Below are positions 24,760-37,959 of a stretch of DNA of 64,000 nt, piece after piece; the first letter of the stretch is position 1; the number at the start of each line of letters is the position of its first letter. The position numbers and the translations under genes are program-made. Location of the stretch: assembly GCA_951406725.2 (NCBI GenBank), contig OX597822.1, positions 29,326,001 to 29,390,000 on the forward strand, read 5' to 3'. Origin of the DNA: Octopus vulgaris. Lineage: Eukaryota. The notes under the pieces were generated by a model. It was not told the origin of the DNA. It saw only the letters and a list, made by a program, of their open reading frames with translations, and searched no databases.

Positions 24760-25551
24760 CTTGTGGTACCAGTGCCGGTGGCACACAAGAAAACCATCCG
24801 AACGTGGCCGTAGCCAGTACCGCACCGACTGGCCTCCGTGCTGTGGGCACGTAACAAACACCATCCGATCGTGGCCGTTCGCCAGCCTCATCTGGCACCT
24901 GTGTCGGTGGCACATAAAAACACCATCTGAAGACCCGGCAAGACTAGTCAGGCCATAACCTGTGGCCCCTACCTGGGACGTAGTCAGTCCACCTGTGCAT
25001 ACCTTCCTTCTTGTGACACTTGTGAAGACCTGTTGAGGCAAGTGAAAATCAAATCAAATCAAAATAGATGAACATCAATGGAATTTGTATCTTTGTGGTA
25101 CCAGTGCCGGTGGCACGTGGCACACAAGAAAACCATCCGAACGTGGCCGTAGCCAGTACCGCATCGACTGGCCTCCGTGCTGTGGGCACGTAACAAACAC
25201 CATCCGATCGTGACCGTTTGCCAGCCTCATCTGGCACCTGTGTCGGTGGCACATAAAAACACCATCCGAGCGTGGCCGTCTGCCAGCCTCGTCTGGCACC
25301 TGTGTCGGTGGCACATAAAAAACACCATCCGAGCGTGGCCGTTTGCCAGCCTCGTCTGGCACCTGTGTCGGTGGCACATAAAATCACCCACTACACTCTC
25401 GGAGTGGTTGGCGTTAGGAAGGGCATCCAGCTGTAGAAACACTGCCAGATCTGACTGGACTGGTGCAGCTTTCGGGCTCCCCAGACCCCAGTTGAACCGT
25501 CCAACCCATGCTAGCATGGAAAGCGGACGTTAAATGATGATGATGATGATG
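24760..25551 (+). mobile_element. RTE LINE 3' UTR with duplicated arrays of ~60-bp units
   Basis: Units gtgtcggtggcacataaaaacaccatccgagcgtggccgtttgccagcctcgtctggcacct; ends ggacgttaaat(gat)n. Confidence 0.85.
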
Positions 25552-26530
25552 TAAAGCTCAAGCTGGCAGAATCATTAGCATGCAGGACAAAGTGCTTAAC
25601 AGCCTTTCATCAGTCTTTGTGTTCTGAGTTCAAATTCTGCTGAGGTCAACTTTGCTTTCATTCTTTCTGGGATCAATAAAATATGTACTGGTCAAGTACG
25701 GGGCGGGGGGCAGTGGAATTGGTTGACCCCTCCCTTCAAAATTGCTGGTCCTGTGCTAAAATTTGAAACCATTATTTCAAGCTATACTAAAACTTTGATG
25801 AAATACAATTCTTGAAAAATACTTTGGTCAATGACCTGTTGCTGAGAAAACTTTTCTTTAAAAAAAATTTGTGTGGTAAGAAGCTTGCTTTCTAACTACA
25901 TGGGCCCAGGTTCAGTCCCTCTGTGTGGTACTGTAGGCAAGTGTCTTCTGCTATAGTCTCAGGCCAACCAAATCCTTGTGAGTGGATTTGGTTTTTGGAA
26001 ACTTAAAAGAAGCCCATCATGTATGTGTGTGTGATCACTGCTTGACAACCAGCATTGGTGTGTTTACATCCCCATAACTTAGCAGCTCAACAAATGAGAT
26101 GAATAGTATAAGTAGCAGGCTTTAAGGTAAAAAGAAGTACAGGAGTTGATTTGTTTGGCTAAAATCCTTCAAGATGGTGCCCTGGAATGAGCGCAGTTTA
26201 ATGATTGGAACAAGTAAAAGGGTAAAAAGATAAAAAGAATTATGCGGGATCATCATCATCAACATCATTATTAACATCATCATCTCTGTTGTCATTGCTG
26301 TCATCATTGCCGTCATCACCATCATTGTTGTCATCAGTATAGCTGGTAAAGTTTTGATGTTCATTGAGGCTGATTTTATTTTACACAACACTAGATGACC
26401 GTCTTGTTACCAGCCTACACCAGTTACCAAGACTCTCTCTCCCTCTTTTCTCTCTCTCTCTGCCTTTTTCTCTTTCTTTCTCCATACCCCTCTCTCTACA
26501 TATGCATACACACATATATACTTACACACA

Positions 26531-27107
26531 CAGGCTATCCCAAAAGTCACTGATGTGTTTCAATTTTTAATACCTTCCTTAAATTTACAAATAAATGCAT
26601 TAAATTTTGGTACAATATAAAGGACATAATGGAAATTAATGTGTACAAGTCACATTTTGCAACCCCACTACATCACATATGGAAAATGACATTGCTTTTT
26701 AAGCGATTCGCATACCTGTGCTCTTTCCAAAATTTGCACCATAACATCCTCAAGAGTTTCAGACCCCACTTTTCTGATTTCTCTATTGATGTTCTTCAGT
26801 TGCACCAGGGTCTCCGGTTTGTTGATGTAAATCCTCTCTTTCTGGTATCCCCATCCAGGCTAGTCAAATCTGGGGAATGTGAAGGCCAGTTAACATTGCC
26901 ATAGTGGGAGATTATTCTCTCTTCAAAACACTGCCATAGCACCTGCATTGTTTCTCTTGCGGTATGAGCAGCTGCCCCACCATGTGTGAGGTCTACTTTG
27001 AATTCCCCGTAAGTCCTTTATACTGTATCGAGATTTCATGCATTTATTTGTAAAATTAAGGAAGTTATTAAAAATTGAAACCCATCAGTGACTTTTGGGA
27101 CACCCTG
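26531..27107 (-). mobile_element. Internally deleted Tc1/mariner-superfamily element (rosa/maT-like)
   Basis: ~70-bp TIRs caggctatcccaaaagtcactgatg.../...catcagtgacttttgggacaccctg|TA. The minus strand retains HGGAAAHT (QDGAxAHT-like) and GNVNWPSHSPDLT. Confidence 0.85.
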
Positions 27108-27698
27108 TATATATACACACACATACATACATGCTCACACACACATGTGATAGCTTCCATACAGTTACATCCTGCCAATTCCACTTTCAAGGCATTGGCT
27201 GGCATGTTGAATACTTATTACATAATTCTGAAAAATGTGAAGAGACATAATATAGTGGTTTGAGTTTTGAGCTGATGATCATTAAGCTCAGGATAAGGTG
27301 ATGTTTTGTGTTCTTGAACAAGTCTCTTCATTTTCACGTTACTCCAATAAACTCAGTTGGAAATGAGAACCAGTGGTACCTGGAATTTAACCCTGTAATG
27401 GACTGGTAATGCTTTGCTCTATTTATCCTGGTACTCTGGGTTCAAATCCTGCTGAGGCCAACTTTTAGGGTTCAATAAATAAATGGAAAGTGAATTGGTA
27501 GAATTGTCAAGACACTGGATGAAATGCCTTGTGGTGTTTATTCCATTTTGTCTTCTGGATCCAAGTTATGCCCCTTTATCACCATCCAATTTGTAGCAGG
27601 GTAACAAAATATTAAAGACTTGACTCATGGTAATAGGCCTCCTCTATCCGAAAGAGCAATTTAAAGCATTTTTAGCAAGGTCTTGTTTGTATCTATAT

Positions 27699-28660
27699 CA
27701 GTGATTCTCAACCAGGGTCCACATGACCCTTGTGGGGGTTCATATAAGATTTTGTTGCTAAATAAATCGGTTATACTTCTGTAATATTTCAACAATTTTT
27801 TTTTATAGACTTCATCATCATCATCAAATATCTGTTTTTCCATGCTGGCATGGGTTGGACAGCTTGAAAGGAACTGGCAAGGTCAAGGGCCACACCAAGT
27901 TCCGTAGTCTGTTTTGGCTTGGTTCCCATGGCTGGATGCCCTTCCTAACACCAACCACTCCACAGAGTGTACTAGGTACTTTTTACCTGGGACCATCACC
28001 AGTGCTTTTTACGTGGCACCAGTATCAGTGCTTTTTATGTGACACCAGCACATAATAGGAACTTTTAAAAGCACCTTTTGAACATTGGGCCTCCAAGACC
28101 TTTGGTGATATACTATGTGTGAGAAGACTCGTCAGGCTAGTTGAAATCTTAGTCATGGCCAATGCTGGTGGCATGTAAAAAGCACGCATTACACTCTTGA
28201 AGTGGTTGGCATTAGGAAAGGCATTCAACTGTAGAAACCATCCCAAATCAGATGGGAACCTTGTGTAGTCCTATAGCTTACCAGTTTGTCAAACTAACGC
28301 AGTGGTCAGGGAGCTTTTTCAACCAATTAACCCGAAATATATTTATTTAAGCTGACATTACACCCTAGATTTGAAAGGAGGGGGGGGAATCATAGAATCT
28401 TTTGAATTCAAAGGGTTTATGGAAGGAACATGTTTTTTTTAAAAATAATTTTACTTACGTCTAATGAGTCCTCCTTACTCCCAAGAATTTCATTTTTACC
28501 CTGCTTGGGGTAATTTACCCTGGTTTGCTGACCCCTGGTCTACCCCACGCCAGCATGGAAAGCAGATGCGAAATGATGATGATGAAATAGCTATGGAGGA
28601 CCAGTAGAGGAAAATAAGAATCGGAGTGGTCCTTTGGCAAAAGATTGTTGAGAAACACTG
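27699..28660. mobile_element. hAT (Charlie-like) element containing nested RTE fragments and a second hAT MITE (28300-28537)
   Basis: TIR cagtgattctcaa/ttgagaaacactg, TSD atctatat/atttatat; inner TIR cagtggtcag/ctgacccctg. Confidence 0.75.
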
Positions 28661-29475
28661 ATTTATATGCATGAATGCAAAATGTTGGCCTTACACTAGA
28701 AGTGGAATAAATGCCAGCACAGTTACAATTACAACTGTTTTTGCCATAACATGCTCTCTAATATCATATTAAATAGTAGTTATTACAACCAGTGACTGTT
28801 ATATTTTATTTGTTTTGTTCAAAATGATGTGATGGTTACTGGGTGTCGACACATTCTCGTAGACATGAAAATGTCACTGCTAAGTTTTTATAGAATTTTC
28901 ATTTCAACATTTAAGTAACCACTGAGATATTCTTCCTTTGTGGAATTAAAAAGATAACATAGTCATACAAAAAAAAAATACAAAAAAAAAAGAAAAAGAA
29001 ATGAAGTACTAGTTGAACCAAAGTTAAACGTAAATGGGGAGTGGGTCTTGAAAGTGGACACGGAAAAAGAAAAAAAAAAGAAACAAAAAAAGAACAAAAA
29101 AGCGAAACTCCTTCCAGTACATATCTATTTATGCAACTTTTTCTGCCTGCCACCATTTACCTTCAACATTTGTAAAGAATTATTAGCAGGAAATTAAATA
29201 TGGAGGGATTAACAGGAATCTAATTACACTTATAGATAGAACAGGGTTAGTGTGAAAAAGAAAAAAAAAAAAAAGGCGGGAGTGGACAATCCATATCAAT
29301 ACAAGAGAAAGTAAATAAAAAAAAAAAACCCCGGAAAAACACCCAACATAAAAAAGAAAAAAAGAATAAGAAACCCAACCCCCTCCACTGTGAGTTGTAG
29401 AAAAATACAAGGCTTTTTAAAAATTAACTTTCTCTTTCCTCCTTCCCCACCTCTTTTTTGTTATTAATTTTTAAT

Positions 29476-29682
29476 ACTCTTTTACTCTTTTACTTGTTTC
29501 AGTCATTTGACTGCGGCCATGCTGGAGCACCGCCTTTAGTCGAGCAAATCGACCCCGGGACTTATTCTTTGTAAGCCTAGTACTTATTCTATCGGTCTCT
29601 TTTGCCGAACCACTAAGTGACGGGGACGTAAACACACCAGCATCGAGGGGACAATGCTAGGGGGACAAACACAGACACACAA

Positions 29683-29758
<76 letters not shown>

Positions 29759-29935
29759 TACACACATATACGACAGGCTTCTTTCAGTTTCTGTCTACCA
29801 AATCCACTCACAAGGCATTGGTCGGCCCGGGGCTATAGCAGAAGACACTTGCCCAAGATGCCACGCAGTGGGACTGAACCCGGAACCATGTGGTTGGTTA
29901 GCAAACTACTTACCACACAGCCACTCCTGCATCTA
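29476..29935 (-). mobile_element. SINE family A, full length, young (CpGs intact)
   Basis: Complete head-core-(TA)n-tail, closely similar to the copy at 43643-43980. Confidence 0.9.
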
Positions 29936-31214
29936 TTCCTACTGAATAATTTTAAGTTTCGAAATATTTTTATCTCTCCTTTAGTGGGAAAGGTTGACCA
30001 TTTCTTGAATATTCACAGCTGTCAGTATCTAATTAAAGCTATGATGATGATGATTTGGCTGGTTTGGTAGGATCTGATAGATCTGTAGACTGCATCACGC
30101 TCCAGTCTGCTTTGGTATGGTTTCTCCAGCTGGATGCCTTTCCTAATGCCAGCCACTTTACAACTTCTATTGTACACTGTTTTCTATGGCACCAGTACTA
30201 GAGAGATCACCTTACAGCCTGCAAAATTAAGATCCTCTTCAAGTCGTTTTTGTTTTTATATCTAAATGGAATCATCATCATCGTCATCATCATTGTTGTC
30301 GTCATCATCAGCATCATCATTTATCATCATCATAATCATTAATGCTCAAAGTGTCACCCACTCTCCTACCACTATTGTTATATTCTGATGTCACCACTTC
30401 TACTGTTTCTGCGACCACCACTAGTGACACTACCATCATTAACTATTGTTACCACTACCTTCACACCACCACACACCACCACCACCACTTTTTGTTGTTG
30501 TCAAGTGTATAGTCTTTCACTAAGACCAACTCATAATAAATATGTCATCACTCCCCCATCACTAACAGTGTTTTTGCACCACCACCACCACCACCACCAC
30601 CACTGCTGCTGCTGCTGCTGCTGCTGCCACTTCTGTGCCATTGATCAACACCTGTCATTACATCACCACCACCACCATCTCCACCATCACCAATATTGAA
30701 ATCATTGACGACATTCGCTGATATAAATACATCAGACTTTGAAATTACAATGTGAATTGGAGAGAGAGAGAGAGGGGGGGGGAGGGAGAGAGAATCCTCC
30801 ACTAAAAACCTTGAATGACTTCACACAAACTGGTAAACTTTTTTTTTATAGATTTTGACGATTTGTTCTTTTAATCTGTTCAAATTATAATGTAGAGGAG
30901 AGTAGTAAAACAGTTCCCCCACCAAAAAAAAAAATAAATCAAGAAGCAAAAACGGGCAAATAAGCAAAGAAAAAGACCCCCCAATAACTAGAGTCCCGTA
31001 AGACTATTAATGATTTGCTTCATCATTAAAAAAACCCCCCAAAAAAACCCCCCACAAAATATGGTCCTGTGCTCAGTCTCATTGTGTGGTACCTTGGACT
31101 AGTATCTTCTATGATAGTCCTGGGCCTGCCAAAGAATTGTGAGTGGATTTGCTTGATGGAAATTGAAAGAAATCCTGTCGTATGTCTCTGTGTGTTTGTA
31201 TGTACACACACACA

Positions 31215-31620
31215 CAGATATATACTCTTTTATGTGTTTGACTGTGGCCATGCTGGAGCATTGCCTTTAGTTGAGCAAATCGACCCCAGGACTTATGCTT
31301 TGTAAGCCTAATACTTATTCTATTGAGGTCTTTTATCAAACTTTTATCGAAGTTTCGGGGACATAAACACACTAACACTGGTTGTCAAGCGATGGTGGTG
31401 GTGGTGGGGACAAACACAGATACAAAGACACACACATATGTATATATATTTATATACACACAATGGGCTTCTTTCAGGTTCTGTCTACCAAATTCACTTG
31501 CAAGGCTTTGGTTGGCCCAAGGCTATAGTAGAAGATACTTGCCCAAGGTGCCACGCAGTGGGAATGAACCCAGAACCATGTGGTTGGTAAGCAGGCTACT
31601 TACCACGCAGCCACTCCTAC
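31215..31620 (-). mobile_element. SINE family A
   Basis: Family A sequence in reverse. Confidence 0.8.
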
Positions 31621-31691
31621 ACATGTTTCTGCAGCAATTGATGCAAAATTTGCATCTTTATGTGCATTTATATATATTTATATATATAAAT

Positions 31692-31727
<36 letters not shown>

Positions 31728-32334
31728 GTTTAACGTCCGTTCTCCATGCTAGCATGGGTTGGACGGTTCGACCGGGGATCTGGGAAGCCAGAAGGCTGCA
31801 CCAGGCTCCAGTCTAATCTGGCAATGTTTCTACAGCTGGATGCCCTTCCTAACGCCAAGCACTCCTCTATATATATATAGTGTGTGTGTGTTTGTGCAAG
31901 CTATCAATATGATACTTTTTTGTTCTAATTTTTAAATTACGAATGGTTTGAAATATTTCTCTTGGCATACTAGTAAATTCCACTTAAGCACATAGAGATT
32001 CATCAAATTTATCTTTATAATTAATATTCCTCTTGTCATAATGTGTATTTGAATGTTATGCTTTCGAAAGGATCCCACCTTGTTTGCTATTCTTATCTTG
32101 TGTAGTCAAGTAAGAGGCAATATATATTTCTTGGGATGAAGGGCAGTGGAAATGATCAGAGAGAAGAGAAAATAATATGATAAGGTGTGGAATTTCCCAA
32201 ATTTAATCAACTGGTTCTTCTAATATTTTTGGCTACATGTATGTCTGCTGTGTTACCCTTGTAATTTTGCTAATTATCTAAATCCTTACTTTTCTTTAAT
32301 CCGTTGCTGTCTAGCTTATTATCTGTCTTTTATC

Positions 32335-32915
32335 TTTTGCTTGTTTCCATCATTAGACTGCTGCCATGCTGGGGCATCGTCTTGAAGAACGTTTAATCAC
32401 ATGAATCAACACTAGTTCTTATTTTCTTTTAAGCTTCACACTTATTCTATCGGTCTCTGTTTCTTTACTACCCACAAGGGACTAAACACAGAGAGGACAA
32501 ACAAGGACAAACAAATGGATGAAGTCAATTATATCGACCCCAGTGCGTAACTGGTACTTAATTTTTTGACCCCGAACGGATGAAAGGCAAAATCAACCTC
32601 GGCGGAATTTGAACTCAGAACGTAACGGCAGACGAAATACGGCTACGCATTTCGCCCGGTGTGCTAACGTTTCTGCTAGCTCGCCACCTCTGTTTCTGAA
32701 CCACTGACTTATTGGGATGTAAACATACTGCCAAGAGTCGTCAAGCAGTGGTGGGAGAGAAACACATATACAAAGACTCCCCCTCCCTCACTTCTTTCTG
32801 TTTCCACTTACAAGGCTTTGATTGGCCTGAGGCTGTAATAGAAGGTGCCATTCAGTGTGACTGAACCTGGAACCATTTGTTTGGGAAGCAAGCTTCTTAT
32901 CACAGAGCCATGCCT
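32335..32915 (-). mobile_element. Old SINE A interrupted by SINE B (~32460-32688)
   Basis: ctctgtttct is duplicated either side of the SINE B insertion. Confidence 0.75.
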
Positions 32916-34310
32916 GATAAAAACTTTAAGCTGTTTTACATGTTTATTTAAGCTTTGAAATATAATTATCTATTAAATTGCTGAATTTCTAGTTCCTACT
33001 AATTAAGAGAAATTTATTTAGAATTTATTAAGATTTACTGGAATTATTATATGAGAATTTTTTTATCTCTAGCAATTTCAAATTTAACTATTATTTTTAG
33101 TATTTCATATAAAGTCTTGTGCTTGGCTTAAATTCCGTACACCAATCAACACTTAACCGTTTGCACAGACTGTTCCTCAGTAATGCCTACACATAAAAAT
33201 TGTTGTTTTAGTTCTTTATATGCAAGTGCCAAACATTTTTTGGAGAAAACTAAGACTTACAATGATAAGCATCAAAACTGAAAGACTGATTAGATAGGCT
33301 CAGGTTTTAGGCAGTAATTTGGCTGTGTTGTTACAGCATCAGATGAAATGCCTTGTGATAGCTATTTTGTGAGCTCCTTGTGTTTTGAGTTCAAATCTTA
33401 CCAAGGTCAGATTTGCCTTTTATCCTTACTGGTTCACTAAAAAAGTGCTGAAGCAGGGCAGAAAAGTGGCAGAAAAATTAGTATGTCAGATGAGAGTATT
33501 TCAAAGTATTTGTCCTGTGGGATTTAAAAAAAAAATGTTATGATTTTTAATTTTGCTTAGGTCATCTTTGTCTTTCATCCTTCTTAGGCTGATAAAAAAA
33601 AAAAAAAAGTACCAAACCAAGGTGGTCAGTGGCAGAAACATTAGTATATTAGATGAGAGTATGTTGAAGTATTTGTTCTGGTTTTTTAATGTTCTGAGTT
33701 CAAATCCTGCCATAGTGTACGTGGGTAGTAAATTTTATCTGTCATCCATTTTAACTCTATCACCTGCTCTTTGGGCTGCCTTTAGCATAATCCACTAAGT
33801 TGTAAGCATCTGAGTCAGGTTTTCTATTTAAAGATACTTCCCTCTTTTCCTTTCCAACATTGTTGGAGGCTCTGTAGGGCTTTTCCTTCTTGACTAAGTG
33901 ATGTAAGAGTATCTCTCTCTCTGTCTATCTGTATCTGTCTATCTATCTATCTATCTGCCTGTCTGTCTGTCTGTCTGTCTGTATGTATGTATGTATGTAT
34001 GATGTGTTAAGAAGTCAGTGAGCCCAAAAGGAAGACGGCACAGGATGGACAAGTTTTAACAAATGTTATGATAATTTAATGCTTTAAAAGAATGGAGTCT
34101 TGATGTTTTGGATGCTAGGCCTTCATCATGAGAAAAATTGAAGAAAAAAGAAGATAAATAAGAGGAGAAAAGGTTGTAGATCATGTCTAGTTTTTTTGAA
34201 TTTCCAAACATCAGACTGGATATGCAGTGCATTTTGTAACCATAAACAGCTCTTTGTCCAATGGTATTGAATACTGTTTTGGAACTTCTTGCTTGTATTG
34301 GACACATATG

Positions 34311-34374
<64 letters not shown>

Positions 34375-34648
34375 GAAGGAAGGATAATTCAAACTTTGAA
34401 AAGAAAGGATGAATTCAAACCAACTTCATCTTTCCTGAAATTCTGGTAATCGTTATCATCATCATCATCATCATTGTTGCCATTATTGCTGCTGCTGCTG
34501 CTACTACTGCTGCCACTGGTATCATCATCCCCACTACCCCCATTACCATTGCTGTTGCCACCACTGCAACCACCACCACCACCACCACCACCACTTTAAC
34601 ATACACTTTTCTCTGCATTTGAACACATGTAAAGAATTGACATTTCAC

Positions 34649-34681
<33 letters not shown>

Positions 34682-35071
34682 ACACACAAACATTAAATAA
34701 GACAAGTTTCTGTTTTAACTTTCTCAATAACAATGTCAGACCCATAACAGTAGAGCTGGATTCTTCTTCTGCCAACTCTTATGTCAAAGGTGGCCAGTTT
34801 AACTCTCTTCTGTCTTCCTCAACTGTCATAAAATCAAACTTGTCATTCTGTTGTCCACTATTTTGATGTCAGCAATACACATCTAATTAATTGCATTGTT
34901 ATAGATTTCCCCTACTTTCAGTTTTAAACCTAGAGCTTTAGCCATTTTCATTTTCCAACTGAGGATTTGCACCTTCATTTAAAAACACCATAAATTCCTT
35001 GTAAGGAAAACTTTGAAGGTCATATACTAAATAGTACTGAAATTATACTGGACTTTATTATAATTATTATA

Positions 35072-35122
<51 letters not shown>

Positions 35123-35209
35123 TTTATCATTATTTTTATTATTTTTATCATTATTTTTATTATTTTTATCATTATTTTTATTATTATTTTTATTATTATT
35201 TTATTATTA

Positions 35210-35246
<37 letters not shown>

Positions 35247-35249
<3 letters not shown>

Positions 35250-35779
35250 TAGTTTTATTTTTATAACTTGCTTTCACTTCACTACTGAGCATGTATTGAA
35301 AGTGTTTTGCGTAGGATGTGTGCAGTGCCCAGTAGTGCAATTTTCTGCATGTTATATGTGTTTGTAAGTCCTGGTGTTTCTGTTGTGTATTTGTCTGAAT
35401 ATTTTTTTATCATACCTGATGGCGCCTATTATGATAGGGATTGTTTCTGTTTTTAGATTCCACATTCGAGTCACCTCTATTTCCAGGTCTTTGTATTTTG
35501 AAAGTTTCTCCATTTCTTTTAGAGACACTTTGTCATCTGCTGGTATAGATACATCAATTAGAAAGCATTTTTTTTTCTTCATGATCTCTGACAACTATAT
35601 CTGGCCTGTTGGCCTTAATTTCTTTATCTGTGTGTATTGGCATATCCCAGAGTATGGTTGCTCTCTTGTTTTCTGTGGCCTTTTCTGGTGTGTGCTTATA
35701 CTGTCTTTTTTCTGTTGTTATTCCATAATGTTGGCATAGCTTCCAGTGTATGTAGGTCCCAACTCTGTCGTGTCTGTGA
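35247..35779 (-). mobile_element. 5'-truncated R4/Dong-clade LINE (restriction-like endonuclease domain) inserted in (TAA)n
   Basis: Minus strand reads HRHDRVGTYIHWKLC...ILWDMPIHTDKEIKANRPDIVV, then after a frameshift CFLIDVSIP...EKLSKYKDL...PIIIGA (PD-D REL motifs); (TTA)n on both flanks. Confidence 0.9.
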
Positions 35780-35786
35780 ATTATTG

Positions 35787-35830
<44 letters not shown>

Positions 35831-36064
35831 GTTGTTGTTATTGTCTCCTTCGTGACTTTGTTGCAAAATCCATACCTGGACTCAAATTACATTAATTTAT
35901 CAATCACAAATAGATGCAACATTTTAAAGTCTTTTTCCTTGTTCTCTGTTTTTTTTTCTCAACTTTTTGTTTTTCCTATTTAAATCCTCTCCTTCAAAAC
36001 ATTCATACATCGAAATTGATGGGAGTGACCATCATCATCATCATCATCACCACCACCATCATCA

Positions 36065-36431
36065 TTACCTTCACCTTAGCGAAGGCAAAGGTATTATTTT
36101 CAGTTGTGTTTGTGTCTTTGTTTTTCCATGGACAAGGTATCTCAAGAACCACTGGATGAATTCAGATGAAACTTTCAGGGATGTTTGGCCTCATGCCTGG
36201 CACAAACTGATTAGATTTTTGGATTAATCCGGTACTGGGCAAAGATTTTGGATTATTTTTCTAGTTTTTTCGCTTAATTTTTGAGAGCAGTCAGGTTCAT
36301 TTTTAGTATTCGCATTTGTGAAATCAGTCGAGTTTATTTCAGATATTCTCATTTTAAAAATCATCTCTGGCTAATCGTTGAGAGGATGTTGGTGTTGCTC
36401 TGGCAGAGGTTTGCACTCTCTGAGTGCTCTT
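36065..36431 (+). mobile_element. Helentron/Helitron-type non-autonomous element (HINE/DINE-like)
   Basis: 5' ttaccttcaccttagcgaaggcaaaggt, 3' subterminal ggcagaggt plus hairpin gcactc-tct-gagtgc; architecture recalled from HINE elements. Confidence 0.65.
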
Positions 36432-36944
36432 ATTATTATTATTATTATTATTATGGCAGTGAGGTGGTAGAATTGTTACCATGCTAAACAAGATGCTTAG
36501 CAGTATTTCTTCCAACCTTACATTCTGAGTTCAAATACCACTGATGTTGACTTTGCCTTTCATCCTTTCTGGGTCAATAAAATAAGTGCCAGTAGAGCAT
36601 TGGGGTCAATTTAATCGACTGGACCCCTCCACTAAAATTTCAGGCCTTCTCCCTATAGAAGAAAGGGTTATTATTCTTACTTTGTACACTACTGACCTTC
36701 ACATAAACTTGTTTATTCTTAATTAGTTTCACTAATGACCTTGTTATATTATTTTTTTGGCTTACAAATTTCTGTTGACCTTCACACAATAATCTCATGA
36801 TAGCTTATCAAGCAAGCAAAACACACACACACACATGCACACACACACACATGTTTGTATTCTTAGATCAATAGTTGCAAAGTACATCAGCCCAAATCAA
36901 CAAATGACTTCTCTAATGAAGCAAGTTTCCAAACAAAAGTTGCA

Positions 36945-37220
36945 TACCACCACCACCACCACTACCATTGTTATCACTACTTACATCATCACCTTCATCA
37001 TCGACCACCATCATCACTGTTGTCATAATCATCGTCATTGCCATCATCATCATCATAATTGTCATCATCATAATCATTATTGTCATCATTATCATCATCA
37101 TCATAATTGTCATCATAATCATGATCGTCGTTATCATCATCATCATAATCATAATCTTAATCATGATGATCATCACCATCATTGCTATCATTACCAGTCA
37201 TCATCATCATCATAATCATT
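36945..37220. repeat. Imperfect (CAT)n microsatellite
   Basis: Direct reading; source of the His/Ile/Met-rich ORFs. Confidence 0.9.
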
Positions 37221-37522
37221 GTTATCCTTCGTTATTAAGCATCATCGTCATTATCCACCCTTGTTACAATCATCATTGTCATCTTGCCACAGTCCTTCAT
37301 CTCACTGTGCAGTCCACTTGCCATTCCACATTCCTTTTGTTTCACTACAGTCCATCCACTCACACCGTAGTCCACCGCACTTAGCCACTAGCTATGGTCC
37401 TTTGTTTTACAACCCACCATGACCTTTCATCATTTAATCCACACACCAACAGCAGCAACAGTTACAACAGAAAACAACTGGCTAACCATTATTCTGAATA
37501 CATATTTTCTATGTTAGTATGG

Positions 37523-37823
37523 TGGAGGCACATGGCCTAGTGATTAGAGCAGCAGACTTGCGGTCGAGGGATCACGGGTTCGAATCTTAGACAAGGCGGT
37601 GTGTGTTTATGAGCGAAACACCTAAGCTCCCCGTGGCTCCGGCAGAAGGTAATGGCGAACTTCTGCTGACTCTGTCGCCATAACTTTATCTCGCCCTTTT
37701 CTCCTGCATTTTGCAACTCACCTGCAATGGACCGACGTCCCATCCAGGTGGGGAACCTATATGCCAAGGAAACCGGGAAACCAGCCCTTATGAACCAGGC
37801 ATGGCTTGAGAAGGAACAAGCAA
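37523..37823 (+). mobile_element. tRNA-derived SINE family D2 (possibly octopus OR-type)
   Basis: A box tggcctagtg, B box gggttcgaatc; homologous to 54250-54548. Confidence 0.85.
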
Positions 37824-37899
37824 TGCTGCTATGAGTTTTTGTGGATATCATTACCTTCCAGTAATCTGTATTCTGTGTTTATTTTAATCCTGTTCTTTG

Positions 37900-37958
<59 letters not shown>

Positions 37959-37959
37959 T

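Noticed and set aside
24760-25390. CRISPR-like repeat/variable-spacer pattern
   Set aside because: Eukaryotic context, variable parts only 6-11 nt, no cas genes; it lies in an RTE 3' UTR.
36835-37384. His-rich ORF resembling a metal-binding or beak protein
   Set aside because: Imperfect (CAT)n microsatellite open in several frames; no splice or signal evidence.
37523-37600. tRNA gene candidates (also 9136, 48638, 54250, 61155)
   Set aside because: tRNA-like heads of SINEs with bodies, tails and TSDs; no complete cloverleaf ends.
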